Of a DNA stretch of 64,000 bases, positions 9,348 through 19,564 are shown piece by piece. The notes beneath the pieces are model-generated. The model ran no database searches, was not told the DNA's origin, and saw only the letters and a list, made by a program, of their open reading frames with translations. Position 1 is the first letter of the stretch. Each line of letters begins with the position of its first letter. The stretch is from Candidatus Poribacteria bacterium. Its GTDB lineage: Bacteria; Poribacteria; WGA-4E; WGA-3G. The DNA is taken from the NCBI GenBank assembly GCA_022826805.1, contig JAJDUH010000062.1:66060-130059 (forward strand), in the 5' to 3' direction. Made by a program: the position numbers and the translations under genes.

Positions 9348-10904
9348 ATGAATCAATTTCAATCTTGGATTTCGGATACTATCAACACTGCCCGCTCTGT
9401 AGGGCGTAAAAAGAAGGTGGAGCAAAAAGAAGTTACCGACGTGTGCGTTATTGGCTCTGGTGCTGGTGGTGCGGTCGTTGCAAAGGAGCTGGCTGAAGCT
9501 GGACTCTCGGTAATCATTTTAGAAGCGGGAGAACATCACGAGGCAAGTACTTTTGGCACTTATGAACCGGAGATGCTCCGCCGTCTTTTCTGGGACAGCG
9601 GCTTACGTAGCACACGCGACGGCGCGATCGTCATTTCACAAGGTATAGGTGTTGGTGGTTCAACGGTGCACAATCTCTGCTACGCGGTTCGTCTACCCCA
9701 AGCAGTATTGCATAGGTGGGGAGTTCCAGAGGTCTGGTCCCACTTCGACGAGGTGGAGCGAACGCTGGGCGTTACGCAGATGCAAGAATCGGACGTAAAT
9801 GAATTAAATGCTGTTATCCGCTACGGGTGCGAGATGATGCGGTGGCGCGGTGGATTGCAAAGGCACAATCGCGGCGATTGCCCGACATGCGGTGCGAGAT
9901 GTCTCTTTGGATGTCCAAATTCTAAATCTATTCAGACTGAACCAGTGAGAACAGGCAAACAGAGTATGGCGGTTACATATATTCCTTTAGCACTCGCAGC
10001 GGGTGCCCGACTCTACAGTAACTGCGTGGCAGAGAAAATTCACGTGAAGCAGCAGAGAACCGTGGGTGTTTCGGCACGACTACCATTAGGTCTATTGGAT
10101 ATTGAAAGCAAAGTAGTGGTGTTAGCCGCTGGTGCCATCAACTCCCCACAACTCTGGTTAAAAAGCCAACTCCCGAACGCGAATCGACGGGTGGGAAAAA
10201 ATCTCCACCTGCATCCCGCAGTTTTCGTGGGCGGAATTTTCAACGAAACTATTGATGGACATCTTGGCATCCCACAAAGCTACTATATCGATCAGTTCCT
10301 CGACTTAAAACGTGCGCCAGACAGCGGGTACCTGCTGATGCCTGCGTTCGGTTCACAAATGATCGTTGCGGCAAGCCTGCCGGGATTCGGCAAAAGCCAT
10401 CGAGAACTGATGGAGCGTTACCGCCACACCGCTGCGCTTCTCGTCCTTTTACACGACAGAACAACTGGACGCGTATCAATAAACCACAAGGGAATGCCCA
10501 ATATCTCATACCGTTTGCGGCGTTCGGATAAAGAGGTATTGGTGGAAGGAGCGATTAACGCTGCCCGCTTGCTTTTCGCTGCAGGTGCAACAGAGATTGT
10601 CATGCCTTATACAGAACATATCCCCATCAAAACAGAAACAGACCTCGAAATTATTCGTCAACGCGGCATTGTGCGAAACGATATTATGTTGGCTTCGAGT
10701 CATCCGCAAGGTACACTCCAAATGGGTGAGGAGCGGCGCAATGCTGTCGTTAAGCTTTCCGGAGAATCTCATGCGGTGGAAGGTTTATTTGTCGCTGACG
10801 CGAGCCTCTTCCCAACCTCCATCGGTGTGCCACCGACGTTGACGATCGCTGCGTTTGGCAGACACATCGCAGGTCGGATAATTGAGAGTGACATCGTGCA
10901 GTAG
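9348..10904 (+). CDS. GMC family FAD-dependent oxidoreductase
   Basis: 518 aa. FAD fingerprint VIGSGAGGAVVAKELAEAG, C-terminal GMC signature region (H....GT..MG, FVADASLFP). Confidence 0.85.
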   Translation: MNQFQSWISDTINTARSVGRKKKVEQKEVTDVCVIGSGAGGAVVAKELAEAGLSVIILEAGEHHEASTFGTYEPEMLRRLFWDSGLRSTRDGAIVISQGIGVGGSTVHNLCYAVRLPQAVLHRWGVPEVWSHFDEVERTLGVTQMQESDVNELNAVIRYGCEMMRWRGGLQRHNRGDCPTCGARCLFGCPNSKSIQTEPVRTGKQSMAVTYIPLALAAGARLYSNCVAEKIHVKQQRTVGVSARLPLGLLDIESKVVVLAAGAINSPQLWLKSQLPNANRRVGKNLHLHPAVFVGGIFNETIDGHLGIPQSYYIDQFLDLKRAPDSGYLLMPAFGSQMIVAASLPGFGKSHRELMERYRHTAALLVLLHDRTTGRVSINHKGMPNISYRLRRSDKEVLVEGAINAARLLFAAGATEIVMPYTEHIPIKTETDLEIIRQRGIVRNDIMLASSHPQGTLQMGEERRNAVVKLSGESHAVEGLFVADASLFPTSIGVPPTLTIAAFGRHIAGRIIESDIVQ

Positions 10905-11000
10905 CGACACGCTTCTACGCATCTAACTATGGTGATTTATAATTACTATGCAGCCTGAACCGGCGAGGTTAGGAAACCTCGCTTACCGAGGGGAAGTTTA

Positions 11001-11972
11001 ATGATTGAGTCAATTCCATACCTTTCACTTGGTAATTTCCCCACTCCTGTGCAGCACCTCTCAAACCTTGAGCACGCTCTTGGTTTGAAATCACTCTGGA
11101 TAAAACGGGACGATCTGAGCGGTCAATTGGGCGGCGGCAACAAGGTGCGAAAATTGGAGTACATGTTCGCAGCAGCACAAACATATCCCAACGGCGGTGA
11201 AAAGAAAACGCTTTTCACAATCGGTCCGACAGGTTCTAATCACGTCCGAGCGACAGCCGTGTACGGCAAAGCGTCGGGTTTTCGTGTGGAATGTTTGTTG
11301 TTTAAACAACCGCGTACCGAATATTCCGAAACAAACTACCGCACAATTTGTGAAAATGCCACACAGGTCTACGAGGTGCGTCACATGAGCACCATGTTTG
11401 CCCGTTACGCGTATGAACAGGTGAAAACAGTGCTTGGGATTGGAAGGGAACGCTATTTTATCCCGGCGGGCGGTTCCTCTCCACTCGGTTCTATCGGTTA
11501 TGTGAAAGCGGTTTTAGAACTGAAATCGCAGATCGAAGCGGACATCTTGCCAGAACCACGGTTTATTTTTGTGCCGGTGGGGACTTGCGGCACTATCGCG
11601 GGCTTAATAGTCGGTGCAAGACTTGCAGGACTGCGAACCCAAATTGTCGGTATTCGTGTTGCTGATGGAGTCGTCGCCAATTCGTGGGCGATTTCTCGTA
11701 TGGTGCGGCGCATTCTGCGCCTCGTCGGTGCAGCGGATGCTGATTATGTCAACCCACGCCGCATTGAACTCTGGCACAATGATTTCGGAAAGGGATATGC
11801 CATCCCAACGGAAGCTGGGATGCGCGCAGTTGCGCTGATGGCTGAACACGAAGGTATCACACTTGAAAACACCTATACTGGCAAAACATTAGCAGGACTT
11901 GCTCACTATATCAAGGCACATGGATGGGAAGGTGAACACATACTATTCTGGCATACGTACGGTGGTAGATAA
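11001..11972 (+). CDS. PLP-dependent ACC deaminase / D-cysteine desulfhydrase family enzyme
   Basis: 323 aa. Hallmark GGNKVRKLEY PLP-lysine motif. The rest of the fold looks intact. Confidence 0.85.
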   Translation: MIESIPYLSLGNFPTPVQHLSNLEHALGLKSLWIKRDDLSGQLGGGNKVRKLEYMFAAAQTYPNGGEKKTLFTIGPTGSNHVRATAVYGKASGFRVECLLFKQPRTEYSETNYRTICENATQVYEVRHMSTMFARYAYEQVKTVLGIGRERYFIPAGGSSPLGSIGYVKAVLELKSQIEADILPEPRFIFVPVGTCGTIAGLIVGARLAGLRTQIVGIRVADGVVANSWAISRMVRRILRLVGAADADYVNPRRIELWHNDFGKGYAIPTEAGMRAVALMAEHEGITLENTYTGKTLAGLAHYIKAHGWEGEHILFWHTYGGR

Positions 11973-12006
11973 AAATTAAAGAGCACGAATCTAAAAGGAA
12001 AAATAT

Positions 12007-13131
12007 ATGGGAACTGACTTTAATCAAGCAAGTTTTCGGTTGGCAAGCGGCACCGAAAAACCCAAACCGAGCTTCGTTCAGGCGGGTATGCCTATAATTG
12101 ACTGCGATCTTCATAACCGACTTCCATCACCTCAGATGCTTTATCCGTACCTACCCGATTACTGGTGCGACTATTGCGAAGAATCTGGCTTCCCTGGACC
12201 GGATGCGAACGACTATCCAGAGGGTGTTCCAACCTCAACACGACCAGAAATCACACATCCGACAGAAGATCGTCCGGCGTCGGATTTGGGACTCCTACGT
12301 AAGCACGCGCTGGATTTCTGGGAGGTTGAATACGGCATACTTACCTGTGGGTTTAGGGTGCAGAGCGTACATAACGAAGACCTTGCGGCAGCACTCGCCT
12401 CGGCAGTCAATAACTGGCAGATTGAGCATTGGCTTGACCCGGAACCGCGTTTACGCGGGTCTTTGATTGTTCCAAGCCAAAATCCAGAACTCGCCGTGAG
12501 AGAAATTGAGCGTTTGGGTGGACACTCCGGGTTTGTTCAGATAATGTTACCTGCTCGATCACAAGCACCTTACGGCAATAGACGCTATCATCCCATCTAC
12601 GAAGCAGCTGTGCGTCATGAACTTGTCGTCGGTATCCACTACGGCGGTGCGCCGGGCCTGCCCCCAACATCTGTAGGGTGGCCCTCGACCTATTTGGAGG
12701 AATACGTCGGTATGTCGCAGGTATTTCAGGCACAGGTACTCAGTCTCGTGTCAGAGGGTGCTTTCGACCAGTTTCCTGATTTACGCGTCTCCCTCATCGA
12801 AACTGGCGTTACATGGATGCCTTCGCTTATGTGGCGATTCGATAAAGAGTGGCGTGGTTTGCGCGGGTTAACACCGTGGGTGAAGCAACTACCGTCGGCG
12901 TATATCCGAGAACATATTCGCATGACGCTTCAACCGATTGATGCACCGCCGACAGCGGCAGAACTGCTGCAGATTGTGGGGCAACTCGATTCAGAAGACA
13001 TGTTGATGTTTTCAAGCGATTACCCACACTGGCACTTCGATTCGCCTGATGCGGCTTTTCCTGCGCAGCTGCCCCAATCGTTGGCACGCAAAATTTTGTC
13101 TGAAAATGCACGGGAATTCTATCGCCTCTAA
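12007..13131 (+). CDS. Amidohydrolase_2-type metal-dependent hydrolase/decarboxylase, paralogue 1
   Basis: 374 aa. N-terminal IDCDLHN, internal GIHYGG, C-terminal SDYPHWHFD. Paralogue of 20505-21584. Confidence 0.7.
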   Translation: MGTDFNQASFRLASGTEKPKPSFVQAGMPIIDCDLHNRLPSPQMLYPYLPDYWCDYCEESGFPGPDANDYPEGVPTSTRPEITHPTEDRPASDLGLLRKHALDFWEVEYGILTCGFRVQSVHNEDLAAALASAVNNWQIEHWLDPEPRLRGSLIVPSQNPELAVREIERLGGHSGFVQIMLPARSQAPYGNRRYHPIYEAAVRHELVVGIHYGGAPGLPPTSVGWPSTYLEEYVGMSQVFQAQVLSLVSEGAFDQFPDLRVSLIETGVTWMPSLMWRFDKEWRGLRGLTPWVKQLPSAYIREHIRMTLQPIDAPPTAAELLQIVGQLDSEDMLMFSSDYPHWHFDSPDAAFPAQLPQSLARKILSENAREFYRL

Positions 13132-13167
13132 CGAGGCAGCGCCTTTTTCGTTATAAACAACAGACCT

Positions 13168-14001
13168 CTAACCCTCAAATAGCGCAAGATACGCCTTCAT
13201 TTTCGTCTCGAAACGCCACGCGAGATCAAGATTCAGTATCTTATCATACTGTCGAGCTTCGTTGAAAAAACACGTTGTTGCTGCTCTCAAGGCGTTCATA
13301 ATATCAACGCCTTTTAAACTTAATACCAGTGTCTGCTCAAGATCCGTCAAAAAATCTTCTGGCATCTGATCCACGTGTCGAAAACGTTTTGTTTCCAATT
13401 CCTCGCGTAATCCCCGCAGCTCAATGACTCGGTCCCGAATTTGTTCCAGTTCATATATGGCTCTCCAAGGTTGCTGTCGTTGAACGGCAATAGCGGCATG
13501 CTTGATGCAGTGCCAGATTGAGCTAAGTCGAAATCGATAGGCTTCTTCCAAATCGGGCTTCGGCCTGTTCTCCCAACTGGATTGCATAATACTCTCAATC
13601 CTCCCTGAACGATCAAGTATAGTGTTCCAACGATTTCTCGTTGCCCGGAGATCGTTCAAACAGAGGAAGCACAGATCAATCTCCAGAAAGTTTTCAAGGA
13701 AAAATACCCACAGATAGATGTTGGGCGCTCTTGGTGACTCAAGCGAATGGAACGTGGGCAGCATTTGGCGAATCTTTTCACCCCATTCCTGGAAAGCAGG
13801 TCTCACATCGTCAGCCGAGGTTGTAACCGCACACAAATCTATATCGGAGTGGTCGTCCTCAAAGCCTTCTGCGCCGGATCCGACGACCAAGAGACCTACA
13901 AGGCGTTTATCACTTCGTAGGGCATTCAGGAGACGATCAAGGATTGCTTCACGGGTGGCAGGGGAGTAATGCGTGTCTGTTTGGTCAGGACGTTCCATCA
14001 T
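13168..14001 (-). CDS. Nucleotidyltransferase-fold protein (ANT/KNTase-like)
   Basis: GS...D.D NTase signature (VVGSGAEGFEDDHSDIDLCAV) plus a helical C-terminal half. Start moved to MMERPDQ, since the first 17 codons of the track ORF look like read-through. Confidence 0.6.
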   Translation of the reverse strand: MMERPDQTDTHYSPATREAILDRLLNALRSDKRLVGLLVVGSGAEGFEDDHSDIDLCAVTTSADDVRPAFQEWGEKIRQMLPTFHSLESPRAPNIYLWVFFLENFLEIDLCFLCLNDLRATRNRWNTILDRSGRIESIMQSSWENRPKPDLEEAYRFRLSSIWHCIKHAAIAVQRQQPWRAIYELEQIRDRVIELRGLREELETKRFRHVDQMPEDFLTDLEQTLVLSLKGVDIMNALRAATTCFFNEARQYDKILNLDLAWRFETKMKAYLALFEG

Positions 14002-14279
14002 AGTATATACTCGCGATTTCTGGGTTTTTAAAATTATACAACAATGTCGCAACAGTTATCAAGAACGGTCAGAGTCTCCCTATCACACTTTTCCTTGAAA
14101 TGAACCTCAAAGGGAACATATAATTGGAGAAAGGATTAAGATAGCGTTATGATGCAAGAGAGCCACCAACTTTCACCGTTAACGGATCTCTTTTTTCCTC
14201 ACATCTTAATTGCTTTCTGTATTCACTATCCACACGAGTCACTACGAAAATAATCGCAAAACCCCTTTACCAAAAGGAG

Positions 14280-15647
14280 ATGGCTATGGCAACTTACGCA
14301 ACACTTGAAGCAAAAGTTGATCAACTGTTCGCTGAATGGAAGTGCCCGGATTCGCCTGGTGCTGCCTTAGCGGTTACCAGAGACGGTGAAGTTATCTATC
14401 AACAGGGATACGGAATGGCGAATCTGGAATACGACCTCCCAATCACAACGACCAGTATCTTCGATATCGCCTCAGTGTCCAAGCAATTTGCAGCGTTCGC
14501 CATCGTTACGTTATCGCACGAAGGGAAGTTTTTATTAGACGACGACATCCGAACATATCTGCCCGATATGCCGGATTTTGGAAACATAATCACAATTCGA
14601 CATCTTTTGCATCACACCAGCGGATTACGGGATTGGGTACAATCGCTTGTCATTGCGGGTGTTGGTATGGAGGATGTCATCTCGTTTAGACACATCCTGA
14701 AAATGGCGAGACATCAGAACACGCTCAATTTTGAGCCAGGCAGTGAGTTTTTATATAGCAACACGGGCTACAATCTGTTGGCGGAAATCGTCGAAACGGT
14801 AACGGGAGATTCATTCAGAGAATGGACGGACACCCACATTTTCAAACCTCTTGGCATGACTAACAGCCATTTTCACGACGACCCCCAGATGATTCTGAAG
14901 AACCGAGCGTATTCGTATCAAGCTGTCGAAAACGGTGAGTTTAAGCATGCTGTCAACAACACAACTGCTCTGGGATCAAGCTCTCTTTATTCAACAGTGG
15001 AAGATCTAGCGAAATGGATCCTGAATTTTGACAATACACGCATTGGCGAACAGACAGTGATTGAACAGATGCACCAATGTGGCGTGCTTAATAACAGGGA
15101 GCAAATTAAGTATGCCCTCGGGCTGAATATTGATACGTATAGCGGCTTGCAAACGGTTGGGCATAGTGGATCATGGCGTGGATTTCGGAGCCATTTGATG
15201 CGCTTTCCAGATCAGAAATTTGGCGTTGTCATCTTATGCAATCTGGATACTTTTAATCCGCTCCGTTTGGCAGAACAGGTGGCGGATATCTATCTTGCCG
15301 ACCTCCTTGCTCCCGTAGAAACAGCCGAGCCAGATAAAGCAGCAGAATCCGTTGAAGACACCAAACCCGAATCGTTAGCCCCAGAACAACTGCTAGAATT
15401 TGAAGGTGATTATTATACCGAAGAACTCGACACAACCTACACTATCAATGTGCGTGGAAATCAACTTATGGCACAACACATAAGGCACGATGATATATTG
15501 CTAACCTACGCTGGCGATCATTTCCTTGGGGACGCGTGGTTTTTTCCAGAGGTGCATTTTACGCGAGATGAGACCGGACGGGTTATAGGATTTAAGTTGA
15601 CAGGCAACCGAATCAGAAATCTATATTTTGAGAGAAAGACATATTAG
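14280..15647 (+). CDS. Beta-lactamase-fold serine hydrolase (class C / esterase / D-aminopeptidase-like)
   Basis: SxxK (SVSKQF), YxN (YSNTGYN) and HSG (VGHSGSW) motifs in the canonical order. 455 aa with a C-terminal extra domain. Confidence 0.85.
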   Translation: MAMATYATLEAKVDQLFAEWKCPDSPGAALAVTRDGEVIYQQGYGMANLEYDLPITTTSIFDIASVSKQFAAFAIVTLSHEGKFLLDDDIRTYLPDMPDFGNIITIRHLLHHTSGLRDWVQSLVIAGVGMEDVISFRHILKMARHQNTLNFEPGSEFLYSNTGYNLLAEIVETVTGDSFREWTDTHIFKPLGMTNSHFHDDPQMILKNRAYSYQAVENGEFKHAVNNTTALGSSSLYSTVEDLAKWILNFDNTRIGEQTVIEQMHQCGVLNNREQIKYALGLNIDTYSGLQTVGHSGSWRGFRSHLMRFPDQKFGVVILCNLDTFNPLRLAEQVADIYLADLLAPVETAEPDKAAESVEDTKPESLAPEQLLEFEGDYYTEELDTTYTINVRGNQLMAQHIRHDDILLTYAGDHFLGDAWFFPEVHFTRDETGRVIGFKLTGNRIRNLYFERKTY

Positions 15648-15727
15648 TAGTTCATCTTTCTCCAAATTTTACCTTCAAATAGTTTCGGTCAAAATTGGAC
15701 ATCATCTGGTTTTAGGTGTAATCTTGT

Positions 15728-16096
15728 TCATTGACGGATTCTAATTCGATGTACTTCAATCAAGAAAAGCTTACCTTTATAATGCCCCATATCAGGATTG
15801 GCGGAAAGATAATCTGTCAAGCGTGACACAATTTGTGGTAAGACTTCAGGGTGATTCCTAACTTGAAGTGCTATAATGCCCTGATAGTTACTTGGTGGAT
15901 AATCAAATATATTGGCGAAATCGCCATTTAGGGATATAAGAATCATCCCCAGCTCTTGTGCCTTTGAAATTACAACTAAATCTGGTGATTCAATAGGAAG
16001 GTAATCTCTAAGATACCAAACTTCGTAATCTGCATCACGAAGAGTTTCAATAACAACAGTAGGAACACACTGATCTGCGAAAAACCGCAATCCCAT
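15728..16096 (-). CDS. DUF5615 (PIN-like, Mut7-C related) putative toxin
   Basis: 122 aa starting MGLRFFADQCVP. Its start overlaps the stop of the DUF433 gene, the usual DUF433/DUF5615 pairing. Confidence 0.7.
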   Translation of the reverse strand: MGLRFFADQCVPTVVIETLRDADYEVWYLRDYLPIESPDLVVISKAQELGMILISLNGDFANIFDYPPSNYQGIIALQVRNHPEVLPQIVSRLTDYLSANPDMGHYKGKLFLIEVHRIRIRQ

Positions 16097-16320
16097 TAGG
16101 CAACTTCCTCAAATTCCGCCAATTCTCGCGCGTAATCAAGACAGGCTTGAATTTGGATCGTTTTGATATCAGGGAAGTCAGCGATGATTTCGTCGGTGGT
16201 ACGACCCGCCGCCAAATATCCGAGGAGAAGACTTACAGAGATTCTTGTTCCCTTGATACGTGGTTTACCTCGCAATATCTCCGGTGTGCTAACAATATGA
16301 TCTCTCCAATGAATTGGCAT
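16096..16320 (-). CDS. DUF433 putative antitoxin
   Basis: ILRGKPRIKGTRISV...LAAG.T.DEI..DFP....I.ACLDYA is the DUF433 core. I chose the start at M43 of the track ORF (GGAGGG 6 nt upstream). 16338 and 16446 are alternatives. Confidence 0.7.
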   Translation of the reverse strand: MPIHWRDHIVSTPEILRGKPRIKGTRISVSLLLGYLAAGRTTDEIIADFPDIKTIQIQACLDYARELAEFEEVA

Positions 16321-16453
16321 GTCCATCCCTCCAGCCATAGAAATTATCTCATTAACAGAATAGCACATCCGTAACCCGTTTTCAAACGAAATTATTTCCA
16401 CTTCGTTCCAAACCTTTGTCAAAAACCTTATAAGTTCTCCAACCACTTTTTTC

Positions 16454-16481
16454 TTGACACCTGAATAAAATTCTATATAAT
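16454..16481 (+). promoter_or_regulatory. Near-consensus sigma70 promoter ahead of the nuclease-M-R-nuclease cassette
   Basis: TTGACA (16454-16459), 16-nt spacer, TATAAT (16476-16481). About 95 nt upstream of 16576. Confidence 0.6.
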
Positions 16482-16575
16482 AAAAGAAATTAAACCATTA
16501 GTTTATAGAGAGTTCTTGGTAAACCTCACCGCAATCAGGTTTTCGTTGGAATTGAAAGGAATGATTTGTTAAGCG

Positions 16576-17568
16576 ATGACACTTGAGGAACATATTGACG
16601 ACATACGTGAAGGTTTAGGAGTAGATCGCTATCCAAACGAGGCAGCAGTTTCCCAAGGAATCGTCCTGAGGCTGCTCGGTGCCTTGGCTTGGCCCACGTT
16701 CGATACTCAAGTTGTTGCTCCTGAATACGGAGTGGAAGGAACGCGGGTAGACTTTGCCTTATGTCATCCACCATCAAAACCGCGCGTTCTCATTGAGGCG
16801 AAGCAAGTTGGTAACATTAAAGGGGCAGAGGAACAATTATTTGGATATGATGCTCGTGTTAGAGTGCCAATCGCGGTACTGACCGATGGTGGGGGATGGC
16901 ACTTCTTCCACCCGACAGGGGAAGGGACATGGCAGGAACGTAAAATCTGTGAATTAGATTTCATCGCAGGAGATAGGGCAGAAAATGCCGAGAGGCTCAA
17001 CAGATACTTGAACTATGAGTCAATCCGTACGGAGAAAGCTATTGAGGCAATCAAGGAGGACTATGAGAAAGTCGTTCAGCAAAGACAAGTTGCAACACGG
17101 TTACCAGAAGCGTGGAACAAATTGGTAGAGGAAGCAGATGAGTTTTTGTTACATGCGGTGGCAGAGAAAACTGAAAGTTTGTGTGGGTATAGACCTACCG
17201 ATGAACAAGTATTAGCTTTTCTAAGAAGCTTGAAAATAGAGTCTAAGCCAAACGGGAATGGAAATAGAGTCTGGAACCCAGGCCTTCTTGTTACCATGCA
17301 CAACGGAGAAACAATTAACCATAAAGTTTCAGCAATTACTTTTGTTGAGGTAATTGAAAAATTAGGAATAGATCGAGTAAGAAATCTTAACAAAGTATAT
17401 ATCATCCCTCTCATATCAACTTCCAAAAATTCCAGATACACACAACGTAAGTCTGGTCGTTACTACATAATGACTAATACGGATACAAAGACCAAAAAGA
17501 GACTTCTTGAGGAAATTGCAGCGGACCTTCAAGAACCAATGAAAGTAAAAATAATTGAGAAATCATGA
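16576..17568 (+). CDS. PD-(D/E)xK nuclease-fold protein (HsdR-N-terminal-like domain) with unique C-terminal half, paralogue A
   Basis: 330 aa. RVDFAL...LIEAKQ (D...ExK) followed by PIAVLTDGGGWHFF, the pattern of the type I restriction-enzyme R N-terminal domain. The first ~165 aa are paralogous to 19565-20512. Confidence 0.65.
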   Translation: MTLEEHIDDIREGLGVDRYPNEAAVSQGIVLRLLGALAWPTFDTQVVAPEYGVEGTRVDFALCHPPSKPRVLIEAKQVGNIKGAEEQLFGYDARVRVPIAVLTDGGGWHFFHPTGEGTWQERKICELDFIAGDRAENAERLNRYLNYESIRTEKAIEAIKEDYEKVVQQRQVATRLPEAWNKLVEEADEFLLHAVAEKTESLCGYRPTDEQVLAFLRSLKIESKPNGNGNRVWNPGLLVTMHNGETINHKVSAITFVEVIEKLGIDRVRNLNKVYIIPLISTSKNSRYTQRKSGRYYIMTNTDTKTKKRLLEEIAADLQEPMKVKIIEKS

Positions 17569-17736
17569 AATTGTCAGGTAGGATAGTGGTATAGCCTGAT
17601 ATCTATCAACAGGAACCTCTACCAAAAAATCTTTTTATATTCATTTCTTATCCTGTCTCATGTAGGAGAAGAGTTTCATATACAATGGTCGTAAAAAAAT
17701 TAATGTATTTTGAGCAGTCCTGAGGAAGTAATCTCC

Positions 17737-18852
17737 ATGATCGGAATAGAAAACATTGACTACCTTTCAAATCAACTTATCACATATATAGGCAATAAGC
17801 GTTCGCTATTGGGCCATATAGGCAAAGCAGTTATACAAGTAAAAAGACGAATAGGCAAGTCCCACCTTCGTGTATTTGATGCTTTCAGTGGCTCCGGTAT
17901 TGTCTCCCGTTTTATGAAAGCCCATGTTTCGTATCTTGCAAGTAATGATTTTGAGGACTATGCTGCGTCAATTTCACGATGTTATCTCCAAAATCACAGC
18001 ACAGTTGATTTGATTACAATTGCCAGAATTGTTGAGGAGCTCAACAATCGTGTGGACGAACCAACTTCTAAAGGATTTATTGAGAAACTTTATGCCCCTG
18101 AGGATGAATCGAGAATTACACAAGATGACCGCGTTTTCTACACCGGCAATAATGCCCGCCGACTGGATAACTATCGTAGAATGATTGAAGACTATCCTTC
18201 AAACTTCCGCGATTCGCTATTAGGGCCCCTTCTCAGTAAAGCGTCTGTCCACTCAAACACTTCAGGGGTATTTAAGGGCTTCTATAAGAACAAGATCACT
18301 GGGATTGGACAATACGGGGGCACTAACTCCAACGCACTAAGCCGTATTAAAGGAAAAATAGAACTGGAACCACCTGTGCTAAGCCAATTTGAGTGTGATT
18401 ACGAAGTGTATCATGACGACACGAATAAAATCGCTAGTCAAATCAAGGATCTTGATTTGACTTATATTGATCCTCCTTACAATCAACATCCTTATGGTTC
18501 AAACTACTTTATGCTAAACTTACTTGTGCATTATAAAGAACCTACAGAGATAAGTCGAGTATCGGGTATTCCAAAAGGCTGGAAACGTTCGGGCTATAAT
18601 GTTCAAACAAAATCTAAAGAACTATTTAAGGATCTACTGCATACACTTGACACACGCTTTTTCCTCATTTCCTTTAATAATGAAGGGTTTATTTCCCCAG
18701 ATGAAATGCGTGATATGCTCCGAAAAATAGGCACTGTTGATGAGTTTGAGATTCGGTACAACACATTTCGCGGGTCAAGGAATCTAAGAAACCGAAACAT
18801 TCATGTTACTGAACAACTATTTCTTGTAGAGAGGAATTTCAATGGCAAATAA
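17737..18852 (+). CDS. N6-adenine DNA methyltransferase (motif I -> target-recognition region -> DPPY order)
   Basis: YIGNKRSLL, FDAFSGSGIVSRF (FxGxG) and LTYIDPPYN motifs. ATG at 17737 is preceded by GAGGAAG; the track start at 17710 is a TTG without an RBS. 11-nt overlap with the downstream endonuclease gene. Confidence 0.85.
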   Translation: MIGIENIDYLSNQLITYIGNKRSLLGHIGKAVIQVKRRIGKSHLRVFDAFSGSGIVSRFMKAHVSYLASNDFEDYAASISRCYLQNHSTVDLITIARIVEELNNRVDEPTSKGFIEKLYAPEDESRITQDDRVFYTGNNARRLDNYRRMIEDYPSNFRDSLLGPLLSKASVHSNTSGVFKGFYKNKITGIGQYGGTNSNALSRIKGKIELEPPVLSQFECDYEVYHDDTNKIASQIKDLDLTYIDPPYNQHPYGSNYFMLNLLVHYKEPTEISRVSGIPKGWKRSGYNVQTKSKELFKDLLHTLDTRFFLISFNNEGFISPDEMRDMLRKIGTVDEFEIRYNTFRGSRNLRNRNIHVTEQLFLVERNFNGK

Positions 18853-19561
18853 AGATCGACTGCGAGAATCGCGGGCAGACACTATAATCAATGCAACGGC
18901 TAAACAACAAGAAACTGAACTTATGAAGGCACTTTACAAAGTTGAGGAATATTTGACAGGCAGATTTGCCAAGGGGATCACCTTAACTCATACAAAGCAA
19001 TGGTATCTGAAGGATATTATTCATGAACTGAAACCATATTTCCCCGACATTGATTTACATTATCACTTTGAGAAAAGCCATATTCGACCAGATGGTGGTA
19101 TCCTTGGAATAAAGAGTGTCAAGGACAATACCCTAACTTATCCAATTCTAATTTCGGAAGTCAAAAATCAGGGAACGAATGATATGCGTGCTAGGGAAGG
19201 AAAGCCCAAGCAAGCAAAAGGAAACGCTATTGAACGGCTTGGAAAGAACGTAATAGGATTTCGCACCGCATTGTTGCGCGAAAGTATCTTTCCGTTCGTT
19301 TGCTTTGGATACGGTTGTGATTTTGAGGAAACATCCTCAATTTTAGACAGGGTATCAACTATGGCAATGTTTGGCAAACTCAACAAGATTTACCTCCACA
19401 ATGAGGAAGATGGCCGATTCAACCGTGGTAGTTTCTATTTCCGTGCTGAGGAATGGACGGCCGATGAAATGTTCGATATTATGAAAGATATTGCGGAACG
19501 CGCTGTACTATACTACTTCTCTAAATACCGTGAAAATCATTTCATTGATTTTTCTAATTGA
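18842..19561 (+). CDS. EcoRI-family type II restriction endonuclease
   Basis: IRPDGGILGIK ... ILISEVKNQGTND ... AKGNAIERLGKNV ... FPFVCFGYGCDF aligns block by block with EcoRI (IKPDGGIVEVK ... VLVAEAKHQGKD ... AAGNAIERSHKNI ... FPYVLFLEGSNF). Confidence 0.85.
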   Translation: MANKDRLRESRADTIINATAKQQETELMKALYKVEEYLTGRFAKGITLTHTKQWYLKDIIHELKPYFPDIDLHYHFEKSHIRPDGGILGIKSVKDNTLTYPILISEVKNQGTNDMRAREGKPKQAKGNAIERLGKNVIGFRTALLRESIFPFVCFGYGCDFEETSSILDRVSTMAMFGKLNKIYLHNEEDGRFNRGSFYFRAEEWTADEMFDIMKDIAERAVLYYFSKYRENHFIDFSN

Positions 19562-19564
19562 ACA

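Noticed and set aside
16321-16446. N-terminal 42 codons of the 116-aa DUF433 track ORF
   Set aside because: DUF433 proteins are about 75 aa. A GGAGGG RBS precedes the internal ATG at 16320. The upstream part overlaps the predicted promoter region.
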